NCBI GenBank assembly: GCA_965238175.1
Contig: CBDEGZ010000003.1
Location: 2,624,001 to 2,688,000 of the forward strand
Direction: 5' to 3'
DNA length: 64,000 nucleotides
Origin: Gammaproteobacteria bacterium
Lineage (GTDB): Bacteria; Pseudomonadota; Gammaproteobacteria; CAJXQU01
Position 1 is the stretch's first letter. Each line of letters opens with the position of its first letter. The translations under genes and the position numbers were made by a program. The notes under the pieces are model-generated. The model saw nothing but the letters and a program-made list of their open reading frames with translations, had not been told where the DNA came from and did no database searches. This document shows, in pieces, positions 62,479 through 64,000 of this stretch.

Positions 62479-63996
62479 TTAAGCTGTCATAGAAATTTCG
62501 TCTGAAGATTCATCTCCATCGTCATCATCTCGTTTTTGTTTTGCCTTATCAGAACGTGCTTTTTCCAGATTATGTAAATAATCAGTACTGATATCACCTG
62601 TTACATATGCACCAGTGAAACAAGATACATCAAACTCGGTCACTTCAGGGTTACCAGCATGAGCAGATTCAATTAAGTCACTAAGTTCCTGGTAAATTAA
62701 GCGATCAGCACCGATCAAATCACAAACATCCTGCTCTGTTTTGTTATGAGCAATCAATTCGTCAACTGATGGCATGTCGATTCCATAGACATTTTGATAT
62801 CGAACAGGGGGCGCAGCCGACGCAAAATACACCTTCTTTGCGCCAGCATCTCTAGCCATCTGGATAATTTGTCCTGAGGTTGTTCCACGTACAATTGAAT
62901 CGTCAACCAGCATGACATTCTTATCTTTAAATTCCAAATCAATAGCATTGAGCTTTTGTCGTACTGACTTTTTGCGTTTGCTTTGGCCAGGCATAATGAA
63001 TGTTCGAGGAATATAACGGTTCTTGATAAACCCTTCTCGATACTTCACATCCATCTCATGCGCCATTTCCATCGCCGCAGTCCGACTTGTATCGGGGATA
63101 GGTATTACCACGTCAATATCATGATCTGGCCAGTCTCGCTGGATCTTTCTGGCCAACAATTCTCCCATTCTCATACGCGATTTAACAACCGATATACCCT
63201 CAATAATCGAATCGGGTCTGGCAAAGTATACATATTCAAAAATACATGGGTTGTGTTTCGCCTCAGGAACACACTGGCAGGTTTTAATATTGCCTTTTTT
63301 GTCCACGAAAACCGCCTCGCCAGGTTTCACATCACGGATTGTTTCAAAACCTAAGGAATCTATTGCAACACTTTCAGAGGAAAAAATGTATTCAGTTCCT
63401 CTATCAGTTTCACGTTTTCCAAATACAATAGGCCGGATACCATTTGGATCTCTAAACCCAACAATCCCAACACCATTGATCATAGCAACCGACGCATAAC
63501 CGCCACGGCATCGTTGGAAGAGGCCTTTCATTGCTGTGAATATATCATCCGCATTTATTCTGAACTTACCCATTTTTTGCAATTCATCTGCAAAAACATT
63601 GAGCAAAACTTCTGAGTCAGAATCGGTATTGATATGACGTAAACCATCACTAAAAAGCTGTCGTTTTAGTTCTGTTACATTGGTTAAGTTACCATTGTGA
63701 GCGAGTGAAATACCATAGGGAGAATTAACGTAAAAAGGTTGAGCTTCTGCGGTTGAAGAACAACCAGCCGTGGGATATCTAACATGACCAATGCCCATCT
63801 TGCCTTGAAGATTAAGCATATGCCGCGTGTGAAAAACATTATCGACAAGCCCATTCGACTTCCGAAGTTTCAATTTACCTTTATTATAAGTTGCTATGCC
63901 TGCAGCATCTTGACCACGGTGTTGTAAAACGGTTAATCCATCATAAATCGTCTGGTTAACCGCACTATTCGCAACTATACCTATGATTCCGCACAC
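62479..63996 (-). CDS. purF: Amidophosphoribosyltransferase
   Basis: [36 protein letters not shown]. Confidence 0.97.
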   Translation of the reverse strand: MCGIIGIVANSAVNQTIYDGLTVLQHRGQDAAGIATYNKGKLKLRKSNGLVDNVFHTRHMLNLQGKMGIGHVRYPTAGCSSTAEAQPFYVNSPYGISLAHNGNLTNVTELKRQLFSDGLRHINTDSDSEVLLNVFADELQKMGKFRINADDIFTAMKGLFQRCRGGYASVAMINGVGIVGFRDPNGIRPIVFGKRETDRGTEYIFSSESVAIDSLGFETIRDVKPGEAVFVDKKGNIKTCQCVPEAKHNPCIFEYVYFARPDSIIEGISVVKSRMRMGELLARKIQRDWPDHDIDVVIPIPDTSRTAAMEMAHEMDVKYREGFIKNRYIPRTFIMPGQSKRKKSVRQKLNAIDLEFKDKNVMLVDDSIVRGTTSGQIIQMARDAGAKKVYFASAAPPVRYQNVYGIDMPSVDELIAHNKTEQDVCDLIGADRLIYQELSDLIESAHAGNPEVTEFDVSCFTGAYVTGDISTDYLHNLEKARSDKAKQKRDDDDGDESSDEISMTA

Positions 63997-64000
63997 AGAT

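Overview
Chromosomal window of a gammaproteobacterium, probably a marine C1 user (inferred from gene order and content). Left to right: a PEP-CTERM/exosortase locus (PrsT-like TPR lipoprotein, exosortase A-EpsI, one PEP-CTERM gene); a PilZ/degenerate GGDEF-EAL plus cNMP-kinase pair; rpoE-rseA-rseB-mucD with nadB; an intact IS481 element; smc-zipA-ligA; queF-cysZ-dksA-gluQ; the tRNA-fMet-rimP-nusA-infB-rbfA-truB-rpsO-pnp operon; fhs; a serine-cycle cluster (sga-mcl-mtkAB-hpr-ppc); metZ under a SAM-II-like riboswitch; purF. The standout is a complete diversity-generating retroelement (DGR) at 46755-49958 on the minus strand, ordered target-avd-TR-RT. By manual alignment, the 130-bp TR/VR pair has 15 mismatches, 14 of them at template adenines. 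Three features are unusual. (1) The target is a secreted DUF1566/C-type-lectin-like protein whose variable region is followed by a PEP-CTERM-type sorting tail, and an exosortase is encoded in the same window. (2) The RT carries a C-terminal MutS domain-I-like module with the GxFYE mismatch-recognition motif. (3) The target gene has a sigma-54/IHF/TTTACA-box promoter architecture like that of the PEP-CTERM regulon. All family calls come from motif recognition by eye, not database searches.
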